Notes: a model not told the origin generated them from the sequence alone. 64,000 nt of DNA from Candidatus Latescibacterota bacterium (GCA_965219995.1 CBDCOX010000002.1:4224001-4288000), one strand, 5' to 3'. Counted from the stretch's first letter, positions 9,656 through 19,975 are shown. Program-made: numbers and translations.

Positions 9656-10474
9656 ATGCGGGAAAGCAAGGTCGTTGAGAAAACAAAGGCGCCCGCGACG
9701 GTGGATTCTCTGCAGTCGGATCTCAGTGCGCTTGGCATCGCGCCCGGGATGGTCGTTCTGGTCCACTCGTCTCTGAGTGCAATGGGATGGGTGTGCGGAG
9801 GTGCCGTGGCGGTCATTCTTGCCCTTCAGGAGGCGCTGGGCCCCGATGGAACGCTCGTGATGCCCGCGCACTCTCCCGGGCTCAGCGAGCCGGCCAAGTG
9901 GGAAAACCCTCCCGTACCCGAGTCCTGGTGGCCGGTGATACGCGCAAACATGCCGGCGTACGATCCCGCGCTTACGCCGACCGGCAATATGGGCGTAATC
10001 GCAGAGACCTTCCGAATGCAGCGCGGGGTTCTCCGCAGTTCGCATCCGCAGGTCTCGTTCTGCGCTTGTGGGCCTCAAGCGGCGCATATCATAGATGGTC
10101 ATTCATTGGCGTTTGGCCTTGGCGAAGATTCGCCGCTCGCGAGAGTCTACGATCTGAACGGTCTTGTCCTGCTCCTCGGTGCGAGTCATGGATCCAATAC
10201 ATCCATGCACCTCTCGGAATACCGGGCGAATTTTCCAACCCGGCGTATTGTGCAGGAAGGCGCTCCCGTTTCCGTTTCCGGCTCGAGGCGATGGACGACC
10301 TTCGAAGAGGTTGAGCCGGACAGTTCCGATTTCGAACGAATCGGAGGGGATTTTCTCCGGTCCGACGCGGGGAACGCCCTCCGTCAGGGCAGGGTCGGTC
10401 TGGCCGACTGCCAGCTCATGCCGCAACGCAACGTCGTGGACTTCGCAGTCGGCTGGATGGAGGAGAATAGATAG
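9656..10474 (+). CDS. AAC(3)/YokD-family N-acetyltransferase
   Basis: VLVHSSLSAMGWVCGG, GTLVMP, RSSHPQVSF and NTSMHLSE motifs. Confidence 0.9.
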   Translation: MRESKVVEKTKAPATVDSLQSDLSALGIAPGMVVLVHSSLSAMGWVCGGAVAVILALQEALGPDGTLVMPAHSPGLSEPAKWENPPVPESWWPVIRANMPAYDPALTPTGNMGVIAETFRMQRGVLRSSHPQVSFCACGPQAAHIIDGHSLAFGLGEDSPLARVYDLNGLVLLLGASHGSNTSMHLSEYRANFPTRRIVQEGAPVSVSGSRRWTTFEEVEPDSSDFERIGGDFLRSDAGNALRQGRVGLADCQLMPQRNVVDFAVGWMEENR

Positions 10475-10476
10475 AA

Positions 10477-10662
10477 ATGAAAGAAGTGAAACGAGACGTG
10501 GGCCGCGAGATTCTGGAAGGGTTGCGAGAACTCAGGCGAGGCGAGCATGGACGGGTGATCGATGTACCGGATGTCAGGGGGATTCAGAAGGAGGCCGGAG
10601 GTACGGATCGTTCGTCGAATCGCCGGACGCCCGGGCGTCCGACGTCGAAGCGCGTGCTTTAA
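10477..10662 (+). pseudogene. Truncated XRE/HTH antitoxin fragment
   Basis: KRDVGREILEGLRELRRGEHGRVIDVPDVRGI resembles the N-terminus of HTH antitoxins; the sequence degenerates where the HTH should be. Confidence 0.6.
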
Positions 10663-10741
10663 CGACAACTGATGACGAAGGCGCGCGGCTTCTGCCGGTG
10701 CATCGACATTGAGACCGATTTCCAAGCCGGAGGGGCGAAAT

Positions 10742-12394
10742 ATGTGGGCTTCATTGCGGGAATTTCTTCGAATTCCCGGTGAACTCACAGGTAGAAATGT
10801 CCGAATTGCCGTCATAGACGGTGAATTCCCGAAACACCCGGATATCAGCACCAATGACCGGCGGACGTCCTACCTGGTTCCCGGCATGTCAGAGTCCGAT
10901 GCGACTCCCGAAGTGTTCACCGCGGAACCGGGACCGTGGAACGGAGGCTGGCACGCGCTGTGCGCGGCGGCGGCTGCCGGAGGATCCGGGGCCGAATCCG
11001 GAGGACTGTACACTGGCGCGGCGCCGGAAGCGGACCTGTTTCTCATTGCGATGTATTCGAGAGAGCCGGGATGGGAGGGTGAAAAGGCACACATCAAAGC
11101 GCTGGAATGGGTTCGAGCTAACTGGAGGAAGTACGAAATACGTGGTGTGTTGTCGTCGCGGAAGAGTCAGATAGGCTCAGGTGTATTCCCGTGGCAGACC
11201 GACCGGCGCCGAATCCTGTGTGAGGAGCTGGTCGCCGACGGTTTGCTCGTGGTCTCCTCATCGGGGAATCGACCGGACGAGACCACTGCCATTGCCGAAG
11301 CCGCGGCCCCGTCCGTCCTTTCGGTTGGCGGCGTCGCAATTCCGCCGGATGGGGACTCGGACCGGGCAATGATGTACCAGGGGTGTCGGGGAACCACGTT
11401 CGAGGACAAATGGGTGCCTGAGGTACTGGCCCCGGCGCAAAACGTCGTCCTTCCACACAGAAACGACGAAGAGATCGAAACCCATTACTACGGAAACATG
11501 GACGATCTGCCGGCCCGATACGCCAGAACAGCGGGAACCTCGTTCTCGGGCCCGGCGCTTCTCGGGGCGGCGGCCTGTGTGTGGCAGGCGCATCCGGACT
11601 GGACCGCAAGTGAAATGAAATCGGTCCTGGTCTCGACGTCGTTGGCGAAGTCTGCGTGGTCCGGATTGCGTGCCGGCCTCGTGTCGGTTACCGACGCCGT
11701 GGCCGGAGGTCCGCCAGGGGCCAACTGTGATCCTGCGAAAAGTCCGTTTCAGACCTGGTCGTCGTTGCGGAAAATCACTCCGGAAGACAGGTTGAATCAG
11801 ATCGAGAGTGACAATCCCGATGACGTCCGGGAAGCCATCCTTTCGTTCATTGGCGACGATCTGTCAGATCGTACAACCCGTGCGATTTGCAAACAGACAA
11901 CGCATCGTGTGCCTCATGTACGCGCCGCGGCCTTGTGTGCGGTTGCACACGGACGCAGGGTCCTGGTGAATTCGGCCTATGCACTTGAAGCGCTTCGAGA
12001 TTCTTCGCAGGTCGTCCGAATGGCGGGTGTTTATCTGTTAATGCGGCGTTCGGACTTCTGGTGGGATTGCCGAGAATGCCTTGCGGATTGCTTCTACGAT
12101 TCAAGCCTTGACGTCAGAATCGAGTCTCTTGTTCTCGCCAGGAGAATGGCGTACCCGGAATTCTCGGGAGGGATCGCCGCCGGTCTTGAAGAGGACGCCC
12201 GAATGGGGCGCATTGCGAATTTCGCCGCTCGAAGAGACGCGCTTGAGGCGCTGACGGGACAGCAATTGCCGACGCGCCCTCCATATAAATTCGGGCAACC
12301 CTCGCAGGGGGATCCGCTGAAGGTTGCCCGTGTGTATCTTGCGTGTCGATGGCAGGATTGGCTGAGCGAAAACTGGGAAACGCGGCGCAGGTAG
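10742..12394 (+). CDS. S8 (subtilisin) family serine peptidase with C-terminal HEAT-like repeats
   Basis: IAVIDG (Asp), GWHAL (His), SSGN (oxyanion Asn), GTSFSGP (Ser); C-terminal VRAAALCA, VVRMAGV and DVRIESL helical repeats; no signal peptide. Confidence 0.85.
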   Translation: MWASLREFLRIPGELTGRNVRIAVIDGEFPKHPDISTNDRRTSYLVPGMSESDATPEVFTAEPGPWNGGWHALCAAAAAGGSGAESGGLYTGAAPEADLFLIAMYSREPGWEGEKAHIKALEWVRANWRKYEIRGVLSSRKSQIGSGVFPWQTDRRRILCEELVADGLLVVSSSGNRPDETTAIAEAAAPSVLSVGGVAIPPDGDSDRAMMYQGCRGTTFEDKWVPEVLAPAQNVVLPHRNDEEIETHYYGNMDDLPARYARTAGTSFSGPALLGAAACVWQAHPDWTASEMKSVLVSTSLAKSAWSGLRAGLVSVTDAVAGGPPGANCDPAKSPFQTWSSLRKITPEDRLNQIESDNPDDVREAILSFIGDDLSDRTTRAICKQTTHRVPHVRAAALCAVAHGRRVLVNSAYALEALRDSSQVVRMAGVYLLMRRSDFWWDCRECLADCFYDSSLDVRIESLVLARRMAYPEFSGGIAAGLEEDARMGRIANFAARRDALEALTGQQLPTRPPYKFGQPSQGDPLKVARVYLACRWQDWLSENWETRRR

Positions 12395-12407
12395 ATCCAA
12401 TGTACCC

Positions 12408-13211
12408 TTATTCGACCACCACCAGCACGGCTTCGCCCTTAAGTAGGCTGTTGACCAGAGTGACGTGGGTGCCGTCACCGCTCAGGCTGACTGTATAGTC
12501 CTTGTCTTTTTTCAGTTTTCCGGAACGGCCGATCAGTTCTTTCAGTTTCTTTCCGCGTTCCAGGGTCAAGCGCTCGCCGATCGCGAAATACTTGACCTTC
12601 ATGTCCTTGTGTCCGGGTTTCTGGACCAGTTTGTACCCTTTGCGGAAGAACCTTCGGCCGGTCTCCAGGAATCCGTCCGCCTTGAGACCATCCTCCGTGC
12701 CCACCACCACGCGCACCGCGTTCTTTGCCTGGTCGAGTTCAGCTTCCGTCTTTTCGATATTCTGTTGCGCCGTATCCAGGTCCTGTGACAACTTCATTGC
12801 AACGTCTCTCTGGTCGCGCAGCGCGACGGTGAGGCTGTCCGATTCGGTAATCAGACGGTCGATTTTCGCTGCGTCGGCCACCTTCTGCTCTTCCAGTTCG
12901 GCGATCGCTGCCTGCAACTCTTCGTTTTTGCGCCTGCGCTGCTCGGCAATGGCGCGATATTTCTTGACTTCCTTCTGGAGTTGTTGGTTTTTCTCCTGCA
13001 GGAGCATCTCGAACTTGGTGAGGCTGTCGAGTTGCGTTTTCAGGGTGACGAGTTCGGTCTGGGCGCTTCCAACCTCGGTCTCCAGGGAGTCGATGCTGGC
13101 TTCTTTCTGTGCAATGACCCGTTTCTGTCTTTCCACTTCGCTTTCTCCGCATGCGCTCAGGCCGATGCAGAGGAGCAGGGCGAAGGATATACCCGAGAAA
13201 ATCCTGTTCAT
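12408..13211 (-). CDS. Coiled-coil lipoprotein
   Basis: MNRIFSGISFALLLCIGLSAC lipobox, a long heptad-rich segment and a C-terminal beta-rich domain; AAGGGAG RBS. Confidence 0.75.
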   Translation of the reverse strand: MNRIFSGISFALLLCIGLSACGESEVERQKRVIAQKEASIDSLETEVGSAQTELVTLKTQLDSLTKFEMLLQEKNQQLQKEVKKYRAIAEQRRRKNEELQAAIAELEEQKVADAAKIDRLITESDSLTVALRDQRDVAMKLSQDLDTAQQNIEKTEAELDQAKNAVRVVVGTEDGLKADGFLETGRRFFRKGYKLVQKPGHKDMKVKYFAIGERLTLERGKKLKELIGRSGKLKKDKDYTVSLSGDGTHVTLVNSLLKGEAVLVVVE

Positions 13212-13612
13212 GCGTTCGTCTCCCTTGTTAGGGTTTGCGGTAAGGCCCCGATGCGTAACATCAGGAGCCGTTTTTTTCGTCGCCAACTGTCTTTTCAGCG
13301 TATGTGGCTGAATCGCGAATTCGGTGTTGATGCTGCCTGAACCGTGAAGCCCATGCATCTGGCGACCGCGACTGATTCGCCTGGTGGAATGCGATTTAGT
13401 CAGCCCGACCTGCTCACCCCTTATACATAATGAATTCCGCCACTTTCTGCAAGGTATATACCTGCAAAAAGAGGTAAACTGATGCACACGCGGGTTACCG
13501 GACCGCCTGATCAAACCGGGAACAGGTTTCGAACGCAGTCGAAGAAAATCACGAACTTTTCAAACGGGGTAGCTGCGTCACAGTCGGTTATGCTGATGAA
13601 GCGGATGTGAGG

Positions 13613-13636
13613 GTGGGACAGACGTTCCTGTCTGCC
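13613..13636 (+). repeat. REP-like palindrome (GTGG type)
   Basis: gtgggacagacgttcctgtctgcc; same family as 16896 and the hairpin inside the composite repeats. Confidence 0.65.
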
Positions 13637-13759
13637 TGCTTCAATGACGACGATGTCTCCGCGGTGTGAGATAGCGTAAACTGGAGAGTGCTCCCTCTAA
13701 CAAATGAACGCACACCAGCGTTATATTTCGATCCTTCAGACACGGCAAGGAACTACACG

Positions 13760-14281
13760 ATGATTTTATCCGGAAAGATGATCCACGAGCAAATGGGAAA
13801 GGACATCATCATCGAGCCGTTCGATCAGGCCAGGCTCAATCCGAACAGCTACAATCTCTCTCTCGCCGATGAACTGATGGTGTACGAGGATGGCGTTCTC
13901 GATATGAAAAAGAGGAACCGGACGCGGTCCATTGTGATTCCCGAGGACGGTTACGAGATGCAACCCCGTAAGCTCTATCTCGGCCGAACGGCGGAGTTCA
14001 CAAAAACTGACAATTGTGTTCCCATGCTCGAGGGACGCTCGTCCGTGGGCAGGCTCGGGCTGTTTGTGCACGTCACCGCGGGTTTCGGCGACGTGGGATT
14101 CGCCGGCTACTGGACGCTCGAGATGTTCTGCATACAGCCGGTCCGGATCTATCCGAACGTCGAAATCTGCCAGATCTACTATCATACGCTGGAGGGCGAT
14201 TTCGAGACCTACAAGAGTGCGAAATACCAGAACAACCGGGGCATCCAGCCCAGCCGCATGTATCTGGATTTTATCGGATGA
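13760..14281 (+). CDS. dcd: dCTP deaminase
   Basis: MILSG...NPNSYNL...EGRSSVGRLGLFVHVTAGFGDVGFAGYWTLE...ICQI...KYQ motifs. Confidence 0.92.
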   Translation: MILSGKMIHEQMGKDIIIEPFDQARLNPNSYNLSLADELMVYEDGVLDMKKRNRTRSIVIPEDGYEMQPRKLYLGRTAEFTKTDNCVPMLEGRSSVGRLGLFVHVTAGFGDVGFAGYWTLEMFCIQPVRIYPNVEICQIYYHTLEGDFETYKSAKYQNNRGIQPSRMYLDFIG

Positions 14282-14883
14282 ATTCGCCGCAAACTGAGGT
14301 TGTTATCGCACACTTCCGGAATCAGGCGGGCAGTGATTTGAATCGTCACGAAGAAATGCAGACGTTCCTGGCGGGCAAGACGCCCTTTCACGAGGCGGAA
14401 GATGTGTGGGCGGACGGGACCATTCCTCTGCGCATACGCTATTTCCGCTCCGATGAACAGCCGCCGGAGGAGTACATTACTTCCGTTCGATGTCTCGTCT
14501 TTCAGGATGATTCCGTTCTGGTTGTCGGCAACCCCGAAGGCAGGCACATTCTGCCCGGAGGACGCCGAGAAGCGGGAGAAACTTACGAACAGACGCTGCG
14601 CCGCGAAGTCGCTGAGGAGACCGGGTGGTCCATTGAATCCATTTCGCGTCTGGGATTTATTCACCTGGAACATCTCGGACCGAAGCCGCCCGGATACCGG
14701 TTTCCCCATCCTCGCTTTTTTCAGGTCGTTTATGTTGCCCACGCTTCCGAATATGTGCCTGATTCAGTGTGCGACGATGACTACGAAGAAGAAGTGACAT
14801 TTGTCTCATCAGGTAAACTGCACAGATTGGGCATATCCGAAGCCGAGTCGGGATTTGTCCGGTTTGCGAGAGACAGGATTTGA
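14278..14883 (+). CDS. Nudix hydrolase
   Basis: LPGGRREAGETYEQTLRREVAEETG Nudix box; ATGA overlap with the dcd stop. Confidence 0.88.
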   Translation: MNSPQTEVVIAHFRNQAGSDLNRHEEMQTFLAGKTPFHEAEDVWADGTIPLRIRYFRSDEQPPEEYITSVRCLVFQDDSVLVVGNPEGRHILPGGRREAGETYEQTLRREVAEETGWSIESISRLGFIHLEHLGPKPPGYRFPHPRFFQVVYVAHASEYVPDSVCDDDYEEEVTFVSSGKLHRLGISEAESGFVRFARDRI

Positions 14884-15323
14884 TCGTGTTCAGGATCGGT
14901 GTTTTCGGCATCATTACCGATGACGAGGACCGCGTCCTGCTGTGCCACCGGCGCGACTTCGATCTTTGGAACCTGCCCGGCGGCGGCGTTGAGGAAGGCG
15001 AGAGTCCGTGGGATGCGCTCGTGCGGGAGATAGAAGAAGAGACAGGTCTGAGGGCGGCGCCCGAACATCTCAGCGGCGTTTACTGCAAACCGGACCGGAA
15101 CGAGGTTGTATTTTCGTTCTACCGCCGGGTGACCGGAGGCGCGACCCGGTTCACGAACGAGGCGGACCGGATCGAATACTTCCCATTGGATCGTATCCCC
15201 GGGAACACCGTACCGAAACAGGTGGAGCGCATCAGGGATTACTTCGCGGACAGGACGAGGACCCATTGCAATGTACAAACTGGCCCTTCTGCCATTGAGT
15301 TGATTAAGCAGGGTAAGATCTGA
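14880..15323 (+). CDS. Nudix hydrolase
   Basis: WNLPGGGVEEGESPWDALVREIEEETG; TTGA overlap with the preceding gene. Confidence 0.88.
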   Translation: MIVFRIGVFGIITDDEDRVLLCHRRDFDLWNLPGGGVEEGESPWDALVREIEEETGLRAAPEHLSGVYCKPDRNEVVFSFYRRVTGGATRFTNEADRIEYFPLDRIPGNTVPKQVERIRDYFADRTRTHCNVQTGPSAIELIKQGKI

Positions 15324-15383
15324 GCCGACCGTCTATTGTTCAGATTCGCGTCATTGCGTCGCGTCTGACCGGTCATTAACGAA

Positions 15384-15992
15384 ATGACAGATTCAACAAT
15401 CATTGGTGTGGCGATCGTCCTGAAAGAGAAGGATGGCTTTCTTTTCGAGCTCCAGAGATCCGCGAAGTGGAAACGCGGTAGGGATGGGGTCCTGGAAATC
15501 GGATTGAGTTGCATCGGCGGCACGGTGGAAGAAGGGGAGTCCCTCGAATGCGCGCTGCAGAGGGAAGCGATGGAGGAAATCGGATGCAGGGTTGCGTTCG
15601 ATCCATCGCACCGTCCCTTTTCGATGGACCCCGCCGGAAACGTGTCGCCGCTTGCGCAGGGAGACGTTCCGGATGGCGTACAGTTCCTGTGGGAGGGAAA
15701 CGACCCGGGATATGTCCCCGGTGCAAAGGTGGCGGTGTATGCGGGCCGTACGACCGGGCGGGCCGAGCCAGGCGATCTCTCGGCCGTCGCGACGTTGAAG
15801 CCGGAATTGTTCTTTGAACTCGCGACAGAGCATCTCACTGTCGAGGGCCTTCGGCGTCGTGGTGGCATTCTCCGAGAGCGGATACCCGTCCCGCGCTCGG
15901 CTCGGGTGAAGCCGGTGGGAACGGCCGCCAGGCTTCTGGACCTCAGTCGACGACATCCTGATCTGTTGCAGCGCTTTTTGGGTGAAAGGTGA
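15384..15992 (+). CDS. Nudix domain protein
   Basis: IGGTVEEGESLECALQREAMEEIG Nudix box. Confidence 0.8.
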   Translation: MTDSTIIGVAIVLKEKDGFLFELQRSAKWKRGRDGVLEIGLSCIGGTVEEGESLECALQREAMEEIGCRVAFDPSHRPFSMDPAGNVSPLAQGDVPDGVQFLWEGNDPGYVPGAKVAVYAGRTTGRAEPGDLSAVATLKPELFFELATEHLTVEGLRRRGGILRERIPVPRSARVKPVGTAARLLDLSRRHPDLLQRFLGER

Positions 15993-16172
15993 TCCTGAGG
16001 TCGCTGCCGATTCCTTGCTGGACTGGAGGACGAATCCGCGCGCAGGCCTGCCGGTCTGGCTGACAGTGGCCGCATCGGCGCCGTGACGAATACCGACAAT
16101 CGATTCGCAACCCGTTCAAGGATAAGATTACTCCTGGTTAAACGCCATCGAACATAGAAAGGAATTCGTCTT

Positions 16173-16838
16173 ATGCAATCACATCTGGCCCTTCTTCACA
16201 CGACACCGGTGCTGATCGATACATTTGATCGTCTTATTGAGGACGCTGATCTGGACCTACCCGTCAGACATATTGTGGAAGAGGAATTCCTGGCGGAAGC
16301 TCGCGAAGAGGGTATCAGCCAGGACCTGGACGACCGGATCGGCGGCCGCATCCGCTCAGCTGTCGAAGAGGGCGCGGCCGTGGTTCTCTGCACGTGTTCT
16401 TCCATCGGCGGAAGCGCGGAAAGAGCGAATGATTCGGCAGGTGGCGTGGTAATCCGGGTCGATCGCCCAATGGCCGAGAAGGCCGTCGAAATCGGCTCCC
16501 GGATCGTCATCGCAGCCGCGCTCGAGAGTACGCTCGCACCGACTCGCGACCTCATTCTCGAAACAGCCGGCGCGCGTCAAAAGTGCGTCGAGCTCATCGA
16601 GGTGTTGTGTGACGAGGCCTGGAGCCGGCTCGAGGCCGGAGACCAGCAGGGATACTTGAGCGAAATCGCGCGAAAGATCAAGGAAATTGCGCTTGAAGGA
16701 GACGTCATTGTCCTGGCGCAGGCCTCGATGGCGGGCGCGGCGGACCTGTGCCCGGAAGTCTCAATTCCCATCCTCAGCAGCCCCGGAATCGGCCTGCAGC
16801 GTGCAATCGAAATCTGGAAACAAAAAAGTGGAGCCTGA
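16173..16838 (+). CDS. Asp/Glu/hydantoin racemase superfamily protein
   Basis: LLHT, VLCTCSSIG, IRVDRPM, VIVLAQASMA and PILSSP motifs; AAAGGA RBS. Confidence 0.8.
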   Translation: MQSHLALLHTTPVLIDTFDRLIEDADLDLPVRHIVEEEFLAEAREEGISQDLDDRIGGRIRSAVEEGAAVVLCTCSSIGGSAERANDSAGGVVIRVDRPMAEKAVEIGSRIVIAAALESTLAPTRDLILETAGARQKCVELIEVLCDEAWSRLEAGDQQGYLSEIARKIKEIALEGDVIVLAQASMAGAADLCPEVSIPILSSPGIGLQRAIEIWKQKSGA

Positions 16839-16895
16839 CGCGAATCATTCATCCCCCTGATGGCCTGTCTCGACGTCGACGAAGCGTGTGAGAGG

Positions 16896-16920
16896 GTGGG
16901 GCAGACATTCCTGTCTGCCC
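16896..16920 (+). repeat. REP-like palindrome (GTGG type)
   Basis: GTGG-GGCAGACA-TTCC-TGTCTGCC, an 8-bp stem. Confidence 0.7.
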
Positions 16921-16966
16921 TCCTCGCCTCGATAATAAATTCAAAGTGAGACAATTCGCCCCGGCG

Positions 16967-17821
16967 ATGGAACCCGCGAATACCTGTGAATCAATCGTCC
17001 TTGACGTCCTCGACGAGCCGGTCGAGTCGCTGGTTCGGGTAGATGAAGGCTGGACGAATGTCGTTCTGGAGGTGAACGGGAGGTGGATTTTCCGTTTTGT
17101 TCGAGATTTCGCGAATACGCAGCTTGCCGTTGAGAAGGCATTTCTGCCAGTGTTCAAGGAATGCTCACCGCTCCCGATCCCGGAAATACGGTATTCGGGC
17201 GCGAACTACATCGGCTACGAAAAGATCGATGGTGTCAAGTTTACCGAGTCTGTTTTCCGGAGTCTCGGCGCTAGAGAGAGGACAGCGTTTGCAACGTATC
17301 TCGGCGGATTCCTGTCCATCCTGCACGCTGTTTCTTTCGAACACCTTCATCTCAAGGCAGCCCCATTCGGGGGCCGGGATTTCTGGCGGGAGTTGTGGCC
17401 GGCCGCATCTCCGCATCTTGAAGGCCGTATTCGCAGTAAAGCCGAAACATATTTCAGGAATGTCATCCCGAGGGTAAACACTGCCGCATACCGGAACGTC
17501 GTTACGCATTCGGACTTCGGAACCGGCAACGTGCTGATCGATACGGCGCATTCGAGAATCGCCGGCGTGATCGACTTCGGCGACATCAGCATCGGCGATC
17601 CGGCGGCTGATTTCGCGACCTTCTGCCGCAGGTTCGGGAAGCCGTTCGCCGAGGACATGGTTGAAAACTACGACTTGCCGCTGGGGGACGATTTCTGGAT
17701 GAGGGTGGACTATGAGTCGAAGCGAAAGCTCTTTTTCGTTCTATTCTTTGCCCTGAATCACGGCTTCGACGAACACGTGCCCGGCATTATCCGCGGCATC
17801 GAGTCCCAATTCGCGGGATGA
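16967..17821 (+). CDS. Aminoglycoside phosphotransferase (APH) family kinase
   Basis: EGWTN, WIFRF, THSDFGTGNVL (Brenner-type motif) and GVIDFGDISIGDPAAD. Confidence 0.88.
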   Translation: MEPANTCESIVLDVLDEPVESLVRVDEGWTNVVLEVNGRWIFRFVRDFANTQLAVEKAFLPVFKECSPLPIPEIRYSGANYIGYEKIDGVKFTESVFRSLGARERTAFATYLGGFLSILHAVSFEHLHLKAAPFGGRDFWRELWPAASPHLEGRIRSKAETYFRNVIPRVNTAAYRNVVTHSDFGTGNVLIDTAHSRIAGVIDFGDISIGDPAADFATFCRRFGKPFAEDMVENYDLPLGDDFWMRVDYESKRKLFFVLFFALNHGFDEHVPGIIRGIESQFAG

Positions 17822-17856
17822 TGAGTTTGACATCCACATTGTTTCTCCAACCCCGC

Positions 17857-17881
17857 GTAGGGGCAACCCTTGTGGTTGCCC
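17857..17881 (+). repeat. REP-like palindrome (GTAG type)
   Basis: GTAG-GGGCAACC-CTTGT-GGTTGCCC. Confidence 0.7.
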
Positions 17882-17926
17882 TGGCGATAGCGCCCATATT
17901 CACGAGCAATCAATCCAGGTGTTGAC

Positions 17927-18472
17927 ATGCTACCTGAGCTCATCGAGACAAACCGGTTGAAACTCAGGCCATACAGCCTCGAAGACGTCGAAGACGTTCT
18001 GTCGTATGCAACCGATCCCGAGTGGGCGCTCTATGTTCCTGTACCGCAACCCTACACGAGGGCAGATGCGGAGGAATTTCTGGCGCGCCAACTGTCGCAG
18101 GACAGCAACAAACGTGTGTCATGGGCAATTGAATACGCCGGATCCGCCGTCGGCGGCGTGAATATCGGGTTCGACTTCGGGAACCGCGTTGGCACAATCG
18201 GCTACGGCATCGCCCGGCGTTTATGGGGAAAGGGGCTGACCACGGAAGCGGCCGGCGCCGTGATCGACGAGGCCTTTGCCGGCATTCCCGATTTGAATCG
18301 CATTCAGGCTACGACCGACGAGCGAAACGTCGGTTCCCTTCGCGTCATGGAGAAGCTTGGCCTGGTCCGCGAGGGCGTCCTGCGCCAGGATCAATATGTG
18401 AATGGAGAGTTCAGGAACACGGTATGGTGCGGACTGTTGCGGTGCGAATGGGAGGCGGGAGGAAACCGGTAG
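17927..18472 (+). CDS. RimJ/RimL-type GNAT acetyltransferase
   Basis: ETNRLKLRP, IGYGIARRLWGKGLTTEA and NVGSLRVMEKLG...EGVLR. Confidence 0.9.
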   Translation: MLPELIETNRLKLRPYSLEDVEDVLSYATDPEWALYVPVPQPYTRADAEEFLARQLSQDSNKRVSWAIEYAGSAVGGVNIGFDFGNRVGTIGYGIARRLWGKGLTTEAAGAVIDEAFAGIPDLNRIQATTDERNVGSLRVMEKLGLVREGVLRQDQYVNGEFRNTVWCGLLRCEWEAGGNR

Positions 18473-18514
18473 GCTGAAATAGATACACTACATGAACTCA
18501 CATGGATAGACAGG

Positions 18515-18727
18515 ATGAACAGGATAAGAACCCGACGGCAGAGAAAGCGCACATCATTCCGACCTTTGGCGGAGACCGTTGAAAAGCGGAAGGCAAGAGA
18601 CCCCGAATTCGCCGAGAATTACGAAAGCCGCTATCTGGAATTCAAGACCGGTGTCTTGCTCCGGGAAGCCCGAAAAGAGGCCGGACAGACTGGGGATCGA
18701 GACCTCCAAACACCGCAAGACACCTGA
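18515..18727 (+). pseudogene. Truncated HTH antitoxin fragment
   Basis: KRKARDPEFAENYESRYLEFKTGVLLREARKEAG is the typical lead-in to an XRE HTH, which is missing; the 5' end overlaps an acaggatgaacaggat repeat. Confidence 0.6.
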
Positions 18728-18764
18728 ACTCGGCTTCAGAAAAAACAACGGAGGACTCAAAGTC

Positions 18765-19493
18765 ATGGTTGAACAGACCGACAAACCGCTTGCTGGAAAG
18801 GGCGCTGTGATTACCGGCGCCGGTCGCGGCATCGGCCGAGCAATCGCGCTGGGCTACGCCCGGGCGGGGGCATCGGTCTGCTGCGCCGCGAGGACCGCAA
18901 GCGAGATCGAGGAAACCGTACAGGAGATCCGGGGAGAGGGCGGAACCGCGGTCGCGTTTCGTGCGGACGTATCGGAATGGCCGGATGTCCAGGCGCTGTT
19001 CGATTTCGCGGAGTCGGAGCTTGCCGGAATTGACATTGCAGTCCTCAATGCCGGCGTGAACGTCGACCACGGCTCCGTTGAGTGCGGCAATCCAGCGGCC
19101 TGGGAGGAGACCATTCGCATCAATCTCATCGGGGCCTACTATTGCGCCCGGGCGGCGATTCCGGCATTGAAGCAGCGTGGCGGCGGAAAGATCATCACCG
19201 TCGGCTCCGGCATGGGCCACAAGGGATTCGCGGAAAGCTCGGCCTACTGCTGTTCGAAGGCGGGCCTCTGGATGTTGACGCGCGTTCTCGCGCAGGAACT
19301 CCGCCAGTACAACATCAGCGTGAACGAACTCATTCCGGGACCGGTACGAACGGATATGGACGCCGTCCTCCACATCGAGGGCGAGTGGTTCAAGTCCCCC
19401 GAAGAGGTTGTGCCGATGGCGCTTTTCCTGGCGACACAGCCTCACGTCGGCCCCACCGCGCAGAGCTACAGCCTGATGCGGCGGGATTCGTAA
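18765..19493 (+). CDS. Short-chain dehydrogenase/reductase
   Basis: ITGAGRGIG, LNAG and YCCSK (YxxxK); GGAGG RBS. Confidence 0.92.
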   Translation: MVEQTDKPLAGKGAVITGAGRGIGRAIALGYARAGASVCCAARTASEIEETVQEIRGEGGTAVAFRADVSEWPDVQALFDFAESELAGIDIAVLNAGVNVDHGSVECGNPAAWEETIRINLIGAYYCARAAIPALKQRGGGKIITVGSGMGHKGFAESSAYCCSKAGLWMLTRVLAQELRQYNISVNELIPGPVRTDMDAVLHIEGEWFKSPEEVVPMALFLATQPHVGPTAQSYSLMRRDS

Positions 19494-19975
19494 TGAAATT
19501 TCACGGACGCCGCACAATCGGTCGGTCCTGCGCAAGGCCGCTCAATCCGCATCCTTCTGGCTGAAAGGGCCGCTTTTCGCGGCGTTCAATTCCGCGGCCG
19601 AACCCGCTGATGCAGACGCTGATGTCTTCGCCTGCCTCGCGTACGATTCCAATGGCGATAAACTTACGACGGCGTCGAAGAAAGTCGGGGAAACAGCGGT
19701 TCACACTATAGATGTGGAACTTCGGAAAGCGCGACGGACGTGGGGTGGGTTTCGAGAGCGGAAGAAATTCATCGATTCTGCCAAAGGACAATAGCATTAC
19801 GGTAGAAAAACTGCATTTGAACTCCTGCACTCTCTGTCTGTGCCCGAGCAGGCAGCGGTCTACACCAACGCAATCGGCATCTCGTATGCGGAAGTAGATC
19901 TGAAAAATGCCCGGACTTTGAAAAACAGCACGGAAGCCGGTTGCATATTATCTCATATTGCGATATATTGTGTAG

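Noticed and set aside
13215-13560. Possible riboswitch in the long leader of the coiled-coil lipoprotein
   Set aside because: No recognisable aptamer consensus; an Rfam scan would be needed.
9656-17821. Calling the AAC(3) and APH genes antibiotic-resistance genes
   Set aside because: Only family-level motifs are visible; substrate cannot be inferred from sequence.
19500-19960. Short ORFs in the gap before higB
   Set aside because: No RBS or convincing motif; possibly decayed gene fragments but not assignable.
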